From contig CBDFJG010000004.1 of NCBI GenBank assembly GCA_965248445.1, positions 864,001 to 928,000 of the forward strand: a stretch of DNA of 64,000 bases. The letters run 5' to 3'. This document shows positions 9,673 through 19,260 of the stretch, piece after piece. The DNA is from Planctomycetota bacterium (GTDB lineage: Bacteria; Planctomycetota; JAJSAM01; JAJVHW01). A program made the translations under genes and the position numbers. Every line of letters begins with the position of its first letter. Position 1 is the stretch's first letter. The notes beneath the pieces were generated by a model, which saw nothing but the letters and a program-made list of their open reading frames with translations, was not told where the DNA came from and did no database searches.

Positions 9673-12600
9673 GTCAGCAGCCTGAGCCCCGGCCCGTCCC
9701 CGCCGAGTGGTGCGAGCGTACCGTCGCCTACGACCGCAGCGTCCCGGTGCACGGCCACTTCGCCCGCGCTGCCACGCGGTACGCCGACAAGGTCGCGCTC
9801 CGCTGGTCGGGAGGCGACATGACGTATGCCGACCTCGACGCGCGCTCAGCCCGCCTGGCCTGCCTGCTCGTGGACGAAGGCGTCCGCCCGGGCGATCTCG
9901 TCCCGGTCGCGATGCACCGCTCGCCAGAGGTCATCATCGCCTTCCTGGGGATCTTGCGGGCCGGCGCGGCATTCGTGCCGCTCGACCCGACGTGGCCCGG
10001 CCTCAGACTCGCCGGCATGCTCGCGGACATCGCGCCTCGGCTCGCCGTCGTCGACGGGGACGTGCCCGGCTGGCCAGAGGACATCGCGACGCTGTCGCTC
10101 GACAGTGTGGGCGACACGCTGGAGGGATGGCCCGGATCCCCGCCCGACGTCGCATGCGACCCGGAGTCCCCTGCATACGTGATGTTCACCTCGGGCTCCA
10201 CCGGGCGCCCTAAGGGGGTCGTCGTCCCTCACCGCGCGATCGTCCGCCTGGTCATAGGCAACGACTTCGCAGACCTCGGATCCGATCAGACGTGGCTGCA
10301 GGGCGCGCCGCTCTCCTTCGACGCCTCGACACTCGAGATCTGGGCCCCGCTTCTGAACGGGGGCACGTGCACACTGCTGGACGCGGAGATCCCCACGATC
10401 GAGGAACTCCGCCGGGCCATCGCGGACCTCGGCGTCACGAGTGTGTTCCTCACAACGGCGCTGTTCAACCTCGTGGTCGACGAGGATCTGCCCGCGCTGG
10501 CTCCGCTGCGGCAGCTGATCACCGGCGGCGAGGTCTGCTCTGTCCCGCACTTGCGGCGCGCGTTCGACGCGCTGCGCGCGACCCGGCTCATCCACGCCTA
10601 CGGCCCCACCGAGAACACGACGTTCACGACCTGCCACACGATCCGACAACAGGACTTCGCGTCGGCTGGGTCGATCCCGATCGGCCGGCCCATCGCGAAC
10701 ACGCGCGTGTACGTGCTCGATGAACAGGACCAGCCGGTGGGCGTCGGCGAGCCGGGAGAACTCTGCGCCGCCGGCGATGGCGTGGCGATCGGCTACCTGG
10801 GGCGTCCAGAGGCGACCAACCGGGCCTTCGTCCCGGACCCCAGAGACGCTGCTACCGGCGCGCGGATGTACCGGACCGGCGACCTGGTCAGGTGGGACGA
10901 CGACGGTCGCGTTCAATTCGTCGGCCGCAAGGACCGTCAACTCAAGATCCGCGGCCATCGCATCGAGCCCGGCGAGATCGAGGCGCATCTCAATCGCTGC
11001 CCAGGCGTGCGCCGCTCGGCGGTGCGGGCGGAGGAGACCGACGCCGGCCGACAGCTCGTGGCGTTCGTCGTCGCAGACGCGCGCGGCCGGACCGCAACTG
11101 CGGCGCTCCGCAAGCAACTCGCAGCCCATCTGCCTGCCCAGATGCTCCCGTCGCGGTTCGAGTGGATCGACACGCTGCCGATCGGCGACACGGGCAAGCT
11201 CGATCGCGAGCGGCTGCCCGCGCCGAGCGGCGAGTCGGACCAGGGGGCACGTCCGGTGCCCGACGCGTGGAACGGCCGCACCGTTCCTTACGACCGGTCC
11301 ACTCCTGTTCACGGGCACGTCGAACGGATGGCCGCAGCGCATCCAGGTCGCATCGCGATTCGCACGGGCAGCGAGGAGATCACGTACGCCGAACTGGACG
11401 CGCGCTCGGCGCAGCTCGCGCGCCTACTGGCCGAGCACGGCGTCGGCCGCGGAGACTTCGTCCCAGTGGCGATGTGCCGCTCTCCCGACGTCATCGTGGC
11501 CCTGCTTGCCACGCTGCGGGCCGGAGCCGCCTTCGCGCCGCTGGGCCCCGCATATCCGGCAGCACGGCTCCGAACCATGTTGGACGATCTGGCGCCACGC
11601 CTCGCAATCGTCGACGACGACATCGTCCGAGCGGGCTGGCTCGACGACATGACAGTCCTCGAGCGGCGTGATTGGGCGGACGTACCGCGTTCGCCCGAGC
11701 AGCCGCCGCCTCGCGTCAAGGTCGATCCGGATGCCCCCGCGTACGTGATGTTCACGTCGGGAACCAGCGGCCGGCCGAAGGGCGTGATCGTGCCCCACCG
11801 GGGGATCGTCCGCCTCATCGTCGGAGCGGACTACGCGAAGTTCGGTCCGGATGAGACGTGGCTGCAGGCAGCCCCGCTGGCGTTCGACGTCTCCACGATC
11901 GAGATCTGGGGGCCGCTCATGACTGGAGGGACCTGCGCGCTACTCCCGCAGCAGGTGCCGGTGGTCCACGAACTCCGCGACGCCATCCGCGAGCTCGGCG
12001 TGACCAGTCTGAATCTCACGACGTCGCTGTTCAACCTGGTCGTCGACGCCGACGTGGACGCTCTGGCGCCCGTTCGACAACTCCTCGTTGGCGGTGAGGC
12101 GCTGTCACCGCAGCACGTGCGACGTGCTTTCGAGGCGCTTCCGAACACCGCGATCATCAATGTCTTCGGACACACCGAGAACACCACGTTCACGACCAGC
12201 CACACCGTCCGCCGCGAGGACGTGGTGTCCGGAGAGTCGATCCCCATCGGCCGCCCGATCGCGAACACGCGTGTCATCGTCGTCGACCACGACGGCCGCC
12301 CTGTGGGTATCGGGGTGCCAGGTGAGGTCTGCGCGACAGGTGACGGTGTCGCGCTCGGCTACCTGAAGTCCCCGGATCTGTCGAGCCGCGTCTTCGTCCC
12401 CGACCCCACCAGCCCGGCCGCCCGGATGTACCGGACCGGCGACCAGGCGCAGTGGGGGGACGACGGGCTCCTGCGCTTCGTCGGGCGCATGGATCGACAG
12501 CAGAAGATCCGCGGCCACCGGGTCGAGCCCCAATCGGTCGAGATAGCGCTGCTCGCCTGTTCCGGCGTGCGCCAGGCGGCGGTCGAAGTGCACGCGGTTG

Positions 12601-15482
12601 CTGGCGCGAAGCAGCTCATCGCTTTCGTGTCGGGACGCAGGCGAACCGACCTGCGGTGCGAACTGTCCACGCGTCTGCCTGCGTACATGATGCCGTCGCG
12701 TATCCATTGGCTCGACGCGCTGCCCCTCGGACCACGCGGCAAGGTCGACCGCGCGACGCTTCGTCGACGGCTGGAGCGGTCGACGAGCATGCAGACTCCG
12801 CTCTCTCCGGGGGACGGAACCGCGCTGTCGGTCGTCCTCAACATCTGGCGCGAACTACTCGGGCTCGAGGAACTGGGCCCGAACGACGACGTACTCGCCG
12901 CCGGTGCCGACTCGCTCACGACGGTTCGTGCCGCCGCACGCATCGACGAAGAACTCGGGGTGCGATTGTCGTTCACGGATCTGCTGGCGGCGCGCACGGC
13001 GCTGAACATGGCGCCGCTCATAGAGGCGCCAAGGGACGACACGGAGGACGCAGAAGCGCTCCCGAGCGGTCCGCCGCAGCTCGGCGTCGGGGAACTCCTC
13101 GTCCATCTGGTGAGCCTGAGCAGTCCGCCGGCTGCGTACAACGAACCGTTCGCGACGACACTGCGCGGCGAGCTGAACGAGCTCGCCCTGCACGCCGCGC
13201 TCGACGACCTCGTGGCCCGCCACGAGGCGCTGCGAACCCGCATCGCGCGCCGCGAGGACTCGTTCGTGCCAGTGGTGCAGCCCCGTGCGCCGTTCCCGCT
13301 CGCCACGGCGGATCTTCCGTGGGACGAGTCCGCCGTCAGCGCCCGACTCGTCGAAGAATCCGCGCGTCCGTTCGACCTCGCGAGCGAAATGCCGGCGCGG
13401 GGCCTCCTTCTGCGTCACGGCCCGCGGCACGCGAGTCTCCTGCTCGTGTTCCACCACGTGGTGTTCGACGACTGGGCGATGGCCATTCTGTTCCGTGAAC
13501 TCGGCGTGCTGTATGCGGCGCACCGTGAGGGGCGGCTTCCCGAGTTGCCTGCTCCGGGGGGCCAGCCATCGGACATCGCGCGTACCCTCGCTCTCCGCCT
13601 GGACAAGCGACGACGGGCGCGGGAGATCACGTTCTGGAAGTCCACGCTCAACGGCGTGGACGTGCGACTCGCCCTGCCACGTCCGACGGATGACGATCTC
13701 GCTGTCGAGGGTCGGCAGTCCCAGCGGGAGATCCCGGTACCGATCGACGATCGAACGGCCGAGGCCCTCGAGGCGCTGGCCGTCGAGTGCGGTGTGACAC
13801 CGAACGCGGTGGCGCTCGCCGGCGTCGGAGCCGCTCTTTCCCGCGAACTCGGGCGGAAGGACGTCGTCCTCACCACGCACTTGACCCTTCGAGACGTGCT
13901 CTCGGCGACCGACATTGTCGGCATCGCGCTCAACGCCGTCATGATCCACATGCATCTCGAGCCCGACCTGGACCACCGTGGCCTGATCGGGCAGGTCGCC
14001 GAGACGAGCGCTGCGGCGTTCCGCCACGGTCTGGTACCGATCGCGGACGTGCTGCCGGCACTGGACATCCCGCGTGAATCCGCTCGGCGACCGCTCCAGG
14101 CCCTGGTCGTGCACCGTCCGCACACGGACGTGGTCATCGAGCTTGATGAACTGCAGTCCTCGCCCTTGACGACCCGCACGCAGATTCCCAAGGCGGACCT
14201 CCTTGTCTGGCTGGATCGCGCCGACGTCGGCTACGACTCGCGGATCGAGTACGACGGCCGGAACGTCTCGGCGGCGTGGGCTGCCCGCCTCGCCGGGACG
14301 CTCGCCGCCGTGTACCGGGAGATGTGCGAGGACGCCTCTGCGCTCGCTGTCCCTGCCGGCGCGTTGGCGCAGCTCGCCGACGACCCGGTACCGGCGTCAT
14401 CATCGGAACCCGCCGCCACGCCCGTGGCCCCCGCGACGGCGACCGAGACCGTCGTTCTCGAGGTCTGGCGCGAACTCCTCAGCAGCCCTGACATCGGGGT
14501 CCTGGACGACTTCTTCTCCCGCGGCGGGCACTCACTGCTCGCAGTGCGCATGCTCGCGCGTGTCGAGAAAGCCACGGGAGTCAACCTGCGCGCGCGGGCC
14601 GTGTTCGAGATGCCCACGGTGCGCGGCCTGGCAACTCTGATCGACGAACGCGGCACGCTGCCCACAGGCGCGGCGTCGGGAGCGCTGCTCCTGCGCGACG
14701 GTGGTGCAACGGCGCCGCTCTTCTGTCTTCCGGGCGTCGGAGGCCACGCGTTCCAGTACCGAGAATTGGTGGAACGCATGCAGACGCAACGCCCGCTTTA
14801 CGCGCTGCAGCTCCACGATCTCGATGTATCCGCCCGCTGTCTGGAGTCCGTCGACGAGACGGCGGCGGCGTTCGTCGCGAGCATTCGCTCGGTGTGCCCC
14901 CATGGGCCGTACGCACTCGCCGGCTACTCGTACGGCGGCATGCTGGCGATCGAGATCGCACGGCGCCTGACGGACGCAGGCGCAGCGGTGCAGTTCGTCG
15001 GCCTGATCGACACGTACGCACCCGGCGTCGCGTTTCCCGCACCGCGACTGCGCAAGGTGGGCGCGCACCTGCGCAGCCTCGCCTCCATGGGCCTCGGCGA
15101 GGCCTCCGAGTACCTCTCGAGTCGCATCCGCCGACGGATCGCGGCGGCTGCGTTCTACCTCCGCGAGCGGAAGACCGGAACGCCGGAGATCTCGGAGAGT
15201 CTCGCGACGCGAATCGAGGAGACACGCGTCCTCTGCCTGCGAGCGATTCGGAACTACGAGGTCCGCCCCATTCCGACTCCGGTCGCCGTCTTCCGGGCCA
15301 CCCGCCTCACCGATTGGGTCGACGTCAACGATCCCACCGGCACCTGCGGCTGGGGTCCGCTGGCTCCCGCCGTGACCGTGGTCGACCTCGACTGCGAGCA
15401 CCTCGAGCTCTTCCGCGAGCCTCACTTGAGCGAGCTTGCGGCCCGGCTCGACGAGGCGCTCGCGAGCCTGGGCGACGCCTAG
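9669..15482 (+). CDS. Non-ribosomal peptide synthetase, A-A-T-C-T-TE (~1937 aa)
   Basis: Two A domains (YVMFTSGSTGRPKG / YVMFTSGTSGRPKG; YRTGD; GKLDR/GKVDR); T1 GADSL; C HHVVFDD; T2 GGHSL; TE GYSYGG. Confidence 0.92.
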   Translation: MSQQPEPRPVPAEWCERTVAYDRSVPVHGHFARAATRYADKVALRWSGGDMTYADLDARSARLACLLVDEGVRPGDLVPVAMHRSPEVIIAFLGILRAGAAFVPLDPTWPGLRLAGMLADIAPRLAVVDGDVPGWPEDIATLSLDSVGDTLEGWPGSPPDVACDPESPAYVMFTSGSTGRPKGVVVPHRAIVRLVIGNDFADLGSDQTWLQGAPLSFDASTLEIWAPLLNGGTCTLLDAEIPTIEELRRAIADLGVTSVFLTTALFNLVVDEDLPALAPLRQLITGGEVCSVPHLRRAFDALRATRLIHAYGPTENTTFTTCHTIRQQDFASAGSIPIGRPIANTRVYVLDEQDQPVGVGEPGELCAAGDGVAIGYLGRPEATNRAFVPDPRDAATGARMYRTGDLVRWDDDGRVQFVGRKDRQLKIRGHRIEPGEIEAHLNRCPGVRRSAVRAEETDAGRQLVAFVVADARGRTATAALRKQLAAHLPAQMLPSRFEWIDTLPIGDTGKLDRERLPAPSGESDQGARPVPDAWNGRTVPYDRSTPVHGHVERMAAAHPGRIAIRTGSEEITYAELDARSAQLARLLAEHGVGRGDFVPVAMCRSPDVIVALLATLRAGAAFAPLGPAYPAARLRTMLDDLAPRLAIVDDDIVRAGWLDDMTVLERRDWADVPRSPEQPPPRVKVDPDAPAYVMFTSGTSGRPKGVIVPHRGIVRLIVGADYAKFGPDETWLQAAPLAFDVSTIEIWGPLMTGGTCALLPQQVPVVHELRDAIRELGVTSLNLTTSLFNLVVDADVDALAPVRQLLVGGEALSPQHVRRAFEALPNTAIINVFGHTENTTFTTSHTVRREDVVSGESIPIGRPIANTRVIVVDHDGRPVGIGVPGEVCATGDGVALGYLKSPDLSSRVFVPDPTSPAARMYRTGDQAQWGDDGLLRFVGRMDRQQKIRGHRVEPQSVEIALLACSGVRQAAVEVHAVAGAKQLIAFVSGRRRTDLRCELSTRLPAYMMPSRIHWLDALPLGPRGKVDRATLRRRLERSTSMQTPLSPGDGTALSVVLNIWRELLGLEELGPNDDVLAAGADSLTTVRAAARIDEELGVRLSFTDLLAARTALNMAPLIEAPRDDTEDAEALPSGPPQLGVGELLVHLVSLSSPPAAYNEPFATTLRGELNELALHAALDDLVARHEALRTRIARREDSFVPVVQPRAPFPLATADLPWDESAVSARLVEESARPFDLASEMPARGLLLRHGPRHASLLLVFHHVVFDDWAMAILFRELGVLYAAHREGRLPELPAPGGQPSDIARTLALRLDKRRRAREITFWKSTLNGVDVRLALPRPTDDDLAVEGRQSQREIPVPIDDRTAEALEALAVECGVTPNAVALAGVGAALSRELGRKDVVLTTHLTLRDVLSATDIVGIALNAVMIHMHLEPDLDHRGLIGQVAETSAAAFRHGLVPIADVLPALDIPRESARRPLQALVVHRPHTDVVIELDELQSSPLTTRTQIPKADLLVWLDRADVGYDSRIEYDGRNVSAAWAARLAGTLAAVYREMCEDASALAVPAGALAQLADDPVPASSSEPAATPVAPATATETVVLEVWRELLSSPDIGVLDDFFSRGGHSLLAVRMLARVEKATGVNLRARAVFEMPTVRGLATLIDERGTLPTGAASGALLLRDGGATAPLFCLPGVGGHAFQYRELVERMQTQRPLYALQLHDLDVSARCLESVDETAAAFVASIRSVCPHGPYALAGYSYGGMLAIEIARRLTDAGAAVQFVGLIDTYAPGVAFPAPRLRKVGAHLRSLASMGLGEASEYLSSRIRRRIAAAAFYLRERKTGTPEISESLATRIEETRVLCLRAIRNYEVRPIPTPVAVFRATRLTDWVDVNDPTGTCGWGPLAPAVTVVDLDCEHLELFREPHLSELAARLDEALASLGDA

Positions 15483-15504
15483 AACCTGCGACCGGCCGAC
15501 AGAC

Positions 15505-16549
15505 CATGCATATCCGGTTGACGACCGTGACCCCAAGGGGTAGTGTCTCGGACGCATGCCGAAGCCGGGCTACCCTCGCAACATCGTGGAGTTCACGGAG
15601 CAGTTCGCGACGGAAGAGCAGTGCCTCGAGTACCTCGTGCAGTGTCGTTGGCCCGACGGGTTCCGCTGCCGCCGGTGCGGCGGCAAGAAGTACTGGCCCC
15701 GTCCAGATCGAAGAGCGATGCGGTGCGTGGGCTGCGACCTGATCACGTCGGTCACCGCGGGCACAGTGCTGCATCGCAGCCGGCTGCCGCTGAAGTCCTG
15801 GATGTGGGCCGCGTACTTGATGACGACGGACAAGCGGGGCGTCTCTGCGCTCGCACTCCAGCGACAGCTCGGTCTGACCCGCTACGAGACCGCGTACCAG
15901 ATGCTCCAGAAACTGCGATCTGCGATGGTCGCGCCGGAGCGCGCGCAGTTGTTCGGCGTCGTCGAGGTCGACGAGGCGCTGATCGGAGCGCCGTTTCGAG
16001 GCCGAGAGGAGCGCACCGCGGCAGACAAGGCCGTCGTGGTCGGCGCGGTCGAGGTGCGTCCGACGAAGAGAGGTACACAGCCCGGACGCATCCGGCTGCG
16101 CCACGTGCCGGCCTCATCGAAGCCGCACCTGCTGGCGTTCGTCAAGGACAGCATCGAGCGTGGGGCGCTCGTCGTGACCGACGGCCACGAGACCTACGAC
16201 GCAGTCGAGAAACTCGGCTACGAGCACGGGATCGAGTCCACGATGATGGGCGCGGCGCAGGCGGACGTCCTGAGGCACCTGCACCTGGTCTTCTCCAACC
16301 TCAAGAGACCTGGCTCGTAGGCACGCACCACGGCCGGGTCTCGAAGAAGCACCTGCAGCGGTATCTCGACGAGTTCACGTTCCGGTTCAACAGGAGACGC
16401 ACGCCGCAGGCAGCGTTCCAGACGGTCCTCGGCATCGCGGCGAAGACGCCGCCGCGCACGTACGAACAGGTCTACGCCGACGAGCCTGCAAGCCCGCTGC
16501 CCTTCTAGCACAAGATGTAGTGGGCGCGGTCATTAACCGGATATGCATG
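15505..16549 (+). mobile_element. IS1595-family insertion sequence
   Basis: 23-bp terminal IRs (CATGCATATCCGGTTGACGACCG, 2 mismatches) and 8-bp direct repeat CGACAGAC at 15497-15504 and 16550-16557. Confidence 0.93.
15556..16508 (+). pseudogene. IS1595 (ISXO2-like) transposase, frameshifted near 16305
   Basis: Zn ribbon CRRC..CVGC, VEVDE, VTDG; C-terminus TWLVGTHHGRVSKKHLQRYLDEF continues in another frame after CTCAAGAGACC. Confidence 0.88.
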
Positions 16550-16559
16550 CGACAGACCG

Positions 16560-16572
16560 CCCCCCCCCCCCC
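16560..16572. repeat. Poly-C tract (13 C)
   Basis: Directly read; lies upstream of the PEP-CTERM promoter. Confidence 0.85.
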
Positions 16573-16650
16573 TTTCTTCCGAGTCTTCGGATCGAACGAA
16601 GTCCGGTCTCAGGCTGGGGTTCACACGATTCGAGAAAGTCAACTGTCAGC

Positions 16651-16691
16651 AAAAGAAAACGGTTGACGGGGTGTTAAGGGCTACTTAGGCT
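16651..16691 (+). promoter_or_regulatory. Putative sigma70 promoter of the PEP-CTERM gene
   Basis: A-rich UP-like tract, TTGACG (16663-68), 17-bp spacer, TAGGCT (16686-91). Confidence 0.55.
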
Positions 16692-16725
16692 CGTCGCACC
16701 GTCCGGAAGCTTCAGTTTGGGGAGT

Positions 16726-17469
16726 ATGAAGATGAAGACGAGTGTGGGTATTGGTGCGCTGGCCTTCATTGCCGCGCTTGGGCTGTTGGCGCCGATTGCG
16801 AGCGCTGACCTCATTGACGACGTAGAGGTCGGCGACTACCTGCGCCTCTACGACGGGCCCGGTGGCGGAAACGGTGGCGAGTTCGAGGCCAAGGTGATGG
16901 CGAACTCCACCACCTACACCAATGTCGTCGACAGTTGGTTCACGTTCTGCATCGAGCGGAACGAGCACTTCAACTACGGTGAACAACAGAGAGTCGAGAC
17001 GATCTCGGACACGGCGATCGGCGGCGGCGTCAACGCCTCCGGCGGAGGTGACGTACTCGAGTACACGACCGCGTATCTCTACACGCAGTTCCGCAACGGC
17101 ACGCTGGAAGGCCGGGACGGGACCGGCAACTTCTTCGACACCAATGAAGAAGTGGACAACGCGACGGCGCTCCAGGAGGCCATCTGGTGGCTCGAGGGCG
17201 AGTATGGCGCGACCGCTGCGGTCACGGATCGATCCACCGAGGCCCAGCACTACATCAGCCTCGCACAGAACGCGGGCTGGACGAGCCACGGGAACGTCCG
17301 CGTCATGAACCTCGAGAGACAAGTGACCGTGAGCGGTTCGACTCAGTGGATCGACGCACAGAGTCAACTCATGCTGGTCCCCGAACCGGCAAGCGTAGCT
17401 CTTCTGGGGATCGGACTCGCAGCCGCGGCCTGCCTGCGGCGGCGGCGCGTCGCAACTCTCTCGCGATAA
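16726..17469 (+). CDS. PEP-CTERM sorting-domain protein
   Basis: Signal peptide; FTFCIE motif; C-terminal VPEPASVALLGIGLAAAACLRRRR. Confidence 0.93.
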   Translation: MKMKTSVGIGALAFIAALGLLAPIASADLIDDVEVGDYLRLYDGPGGGNGGEFEAKVMANSTTYTNVVDSWFTFCIERNEHFNYGEQQRVETISDTAIGGGVNASGGGDVLEYTTAYLYTQFRNGTLEGRDGTGNFFDTNEEVDNATALQEAIWWLEGEYGATAAVTDRSTEAQHYISLAQNAGWTSHGNVRVMNLERQVTVSGSTQWIDAQSQLMLVPEPASVALLGIGLAAAACLRRRRVATLSR

Positions 17470-17490
17470 CAAGACCAACGGAACCCAAGC

Positions 17491-17560
17491 GCGCCGGCGA
17501 CGGCCTCATACGGGTGTAGTCCAGCAAAGGACTCATCAGAGGCTTGTCGTCGGCGCTTTT
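17491..17560 (+). terminator. Long stem-loop followed by T-run (terminator or attenuator-like)
   Basis: GCGCCGGCGACGGCCTC pairs with GAGGCTTGTCGTCGGCGC, followed by TTTT. Confidence 0.5.
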
Positions 17561-17707
17561 GTGCGTTCTTCGTGTCGTCGGCGGCGCGCTGCCGTTGGTC
17601 GGAGACTTCGACCGCAACGGGGGCGCGTCCTTCCCTCGAGGCTCGCGAAAACGCGGGGGACGGTAGCCTGTTAGAATCTGGGCGCCGATGATGGGGGATG
17701 ACGACGC

Positions 17708-18580
17708 GTGACCGCTGCGAGCGCGACCAGCAAGGGGTTCTGGGGTGGTCCCACGCACCGCGTGATTCTCCTCGTCGTCGTCGCGCTTCTCGTAGTGGCG
17801 TTCGGCCCGACTCTGGTGGAAGTCGTCACGAAGTGGAAGGACCAGCCCGAGTACAGCCATGGATTCCTGATGCCACTCGTCGCGGCGTGGATGGTCTGGG
17901 AACGGCGAGCGGAGTTCGGGCGCCTCGCCCCGCGTGCGTCCTTCGTGGGCGGCCTCCTGCTGCTCCCGTGCGTCGGTCTCCTGCTTGTCGGCGAGGTGGC
18001 GCTGTTCGAAGTCGTCAAGCCCTACGCCTTCGTGGGCGCCCTCGCGGCAATCCTCTGGGCCTTCTACGGGCGCACGTCGGTCCGCGTCGCGATCGCACCC
18101 CTGGTCGCGCTGTTCCTGATGTGCCCGCTGCCACGCTCGATCGTGGACGGAATGACGGTCCCCCTGAGGGGCAGCGCCGCGCTGCTCGCCACGGGCATGC
18201 TCGACCTCACCGGCATCCGCGCCACGCTGGACGGCAACCTGATCAGCCTGCCCGGTCTCGAGCAGTTGTTCGTGGCCGACGCGTGCAGCGGCATCAACTC
18301 GCTGATCTCGCTCGGCAGCCTGGCGATCATCGTCTGCCTGGTCTGGCGACGGCATTGGGCCGTCGCCTCCGTGGTCCTCCTGTCCTGCATCCCGATCGCC
18401 ATCCTGACGAACGCTCTGCGTATCTGGCTGACCGGGTTCCTGTCCGTCCAGATGAGTCCCGAGACCGCGAAGGGCGTCTTCCACAACTTCCAGGGGATGG
18501 CGCTGTTCGGTGTGGGGCTGGTGTTCCTGTGGGGCTGGACCACTCTCATCGGCCGCGCGTTCCCGGCGAGGCTCGCATGA
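17708..18580 (+). CDS. Exosortase (EpsH family)
   Basis: W...PEYSHG, VADACSGINSL (catalytic Cys), NALRI (Arg), FH (His); multiple TM helices. Confidence 0.93.
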   Translation: MTAASATSKGFWGGPTHRVILLVVVALLVVAFGPTLVEVVTKWKDQPEYSHGFLMPLVAAWMVWERRAEFGRLAPRASFVGGLLLLPCVGLLLVGEVALFEVVKPYAFVGALAAILWAFYGRTSVRVAIAPLVALFLMCPLPRSIVDGMTVPLRGSAALLATGMLDLTGIRATLDGNLISLPGLEQLFVADACSGINSLISLGSLAIIVCLVWRRHWAVASVVLLSCIPIAILTNALRIWLTGFLSVQMSPETAKGVFHNFQGMALFGVGLVFLWGWTTLIGRAFPARLA

Positions 18581-19260
18581 ACAACACCGTGCGCGCGCTG
18601 GTCATCGTCTCGCTGGTCGTCGCGGCGATCGGCGTCCACATGTTCCGGTCGATGGTCGCCCCGGGCGATCCCGACCCCATCCGCATCGCCGCGGTGCAGC
18701 GTCGCCTCGACGCGCTACCCATGACGCTCGCGGATGGAAAGTACACCGGCGTGCGGCAGAACCACGAGCAGGAGCTCGTCGTCAAGTCCGGCGCCGACAG
18801 CCACGCCGCCGCGGCGTTTGCCACCGAGAATCACGCGCTCCAGTTCAACATCTACATTGGCGGCTCCACCAACCCCGACCTCGCGTTTCACGCGCCGAGC
18901 GTCTGCCTGCCAGCCGCCGGCTGGGAGCTCGCCGACGATCGGTTGGTGGAGTTCGAGGCGTTCGCTGCCGACTCTCCCGACAGTCAGATGCGCCGCCTGC
19001 ACGTCAGGTTCGGCAACGACGAGAGGCTCTGCTACTTCTGGTTCCAGTCGGGAACGGACATCGCGCCCTCGATCTGGAAGGCTCGCTTCTTCAACTTCCG
19101 CGAGCGCCTCGGTGGCGAGCGGAATTCCCCGACGTACATCGTTGTCGTCTACGCGCCGATACGGGAGAGCGTGCGTCACACCGATCAGGCGGCGCGGCTC
19201 TTCATGAAGGCCCTGGGTCCCCAGATTCTGAGCGCCGTCGCAGAAGATCACGACGGATGA
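18577..19260 (+). CDS. epsI: EpsI family exosortase-associated protein
   Basis: FHAPSVCLPAAGW and CYFWFQSG motifs; ATGA-coupled to exosortase. Confidence 0.85.
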   Translation: MNNTVRALVIVSLVVAAIGVHMFRSMVAPGDPDPIRIAAVQRRLDALPMTLADGKYTGVRQNHEQELVVKSGADSHAAAAFATENHALQFNIYIGGSTNPDLAFHAPSVCLPAAGWELADDRLVEFEAFAADSPDSQMRRLHVRFGNDERLCYFWFQSGTDIAPSIWKARFFNFRERLGGERNSPTYIVVVYAPIRESVRHTDQAARLFMKALGPQILSAVAEDHDG

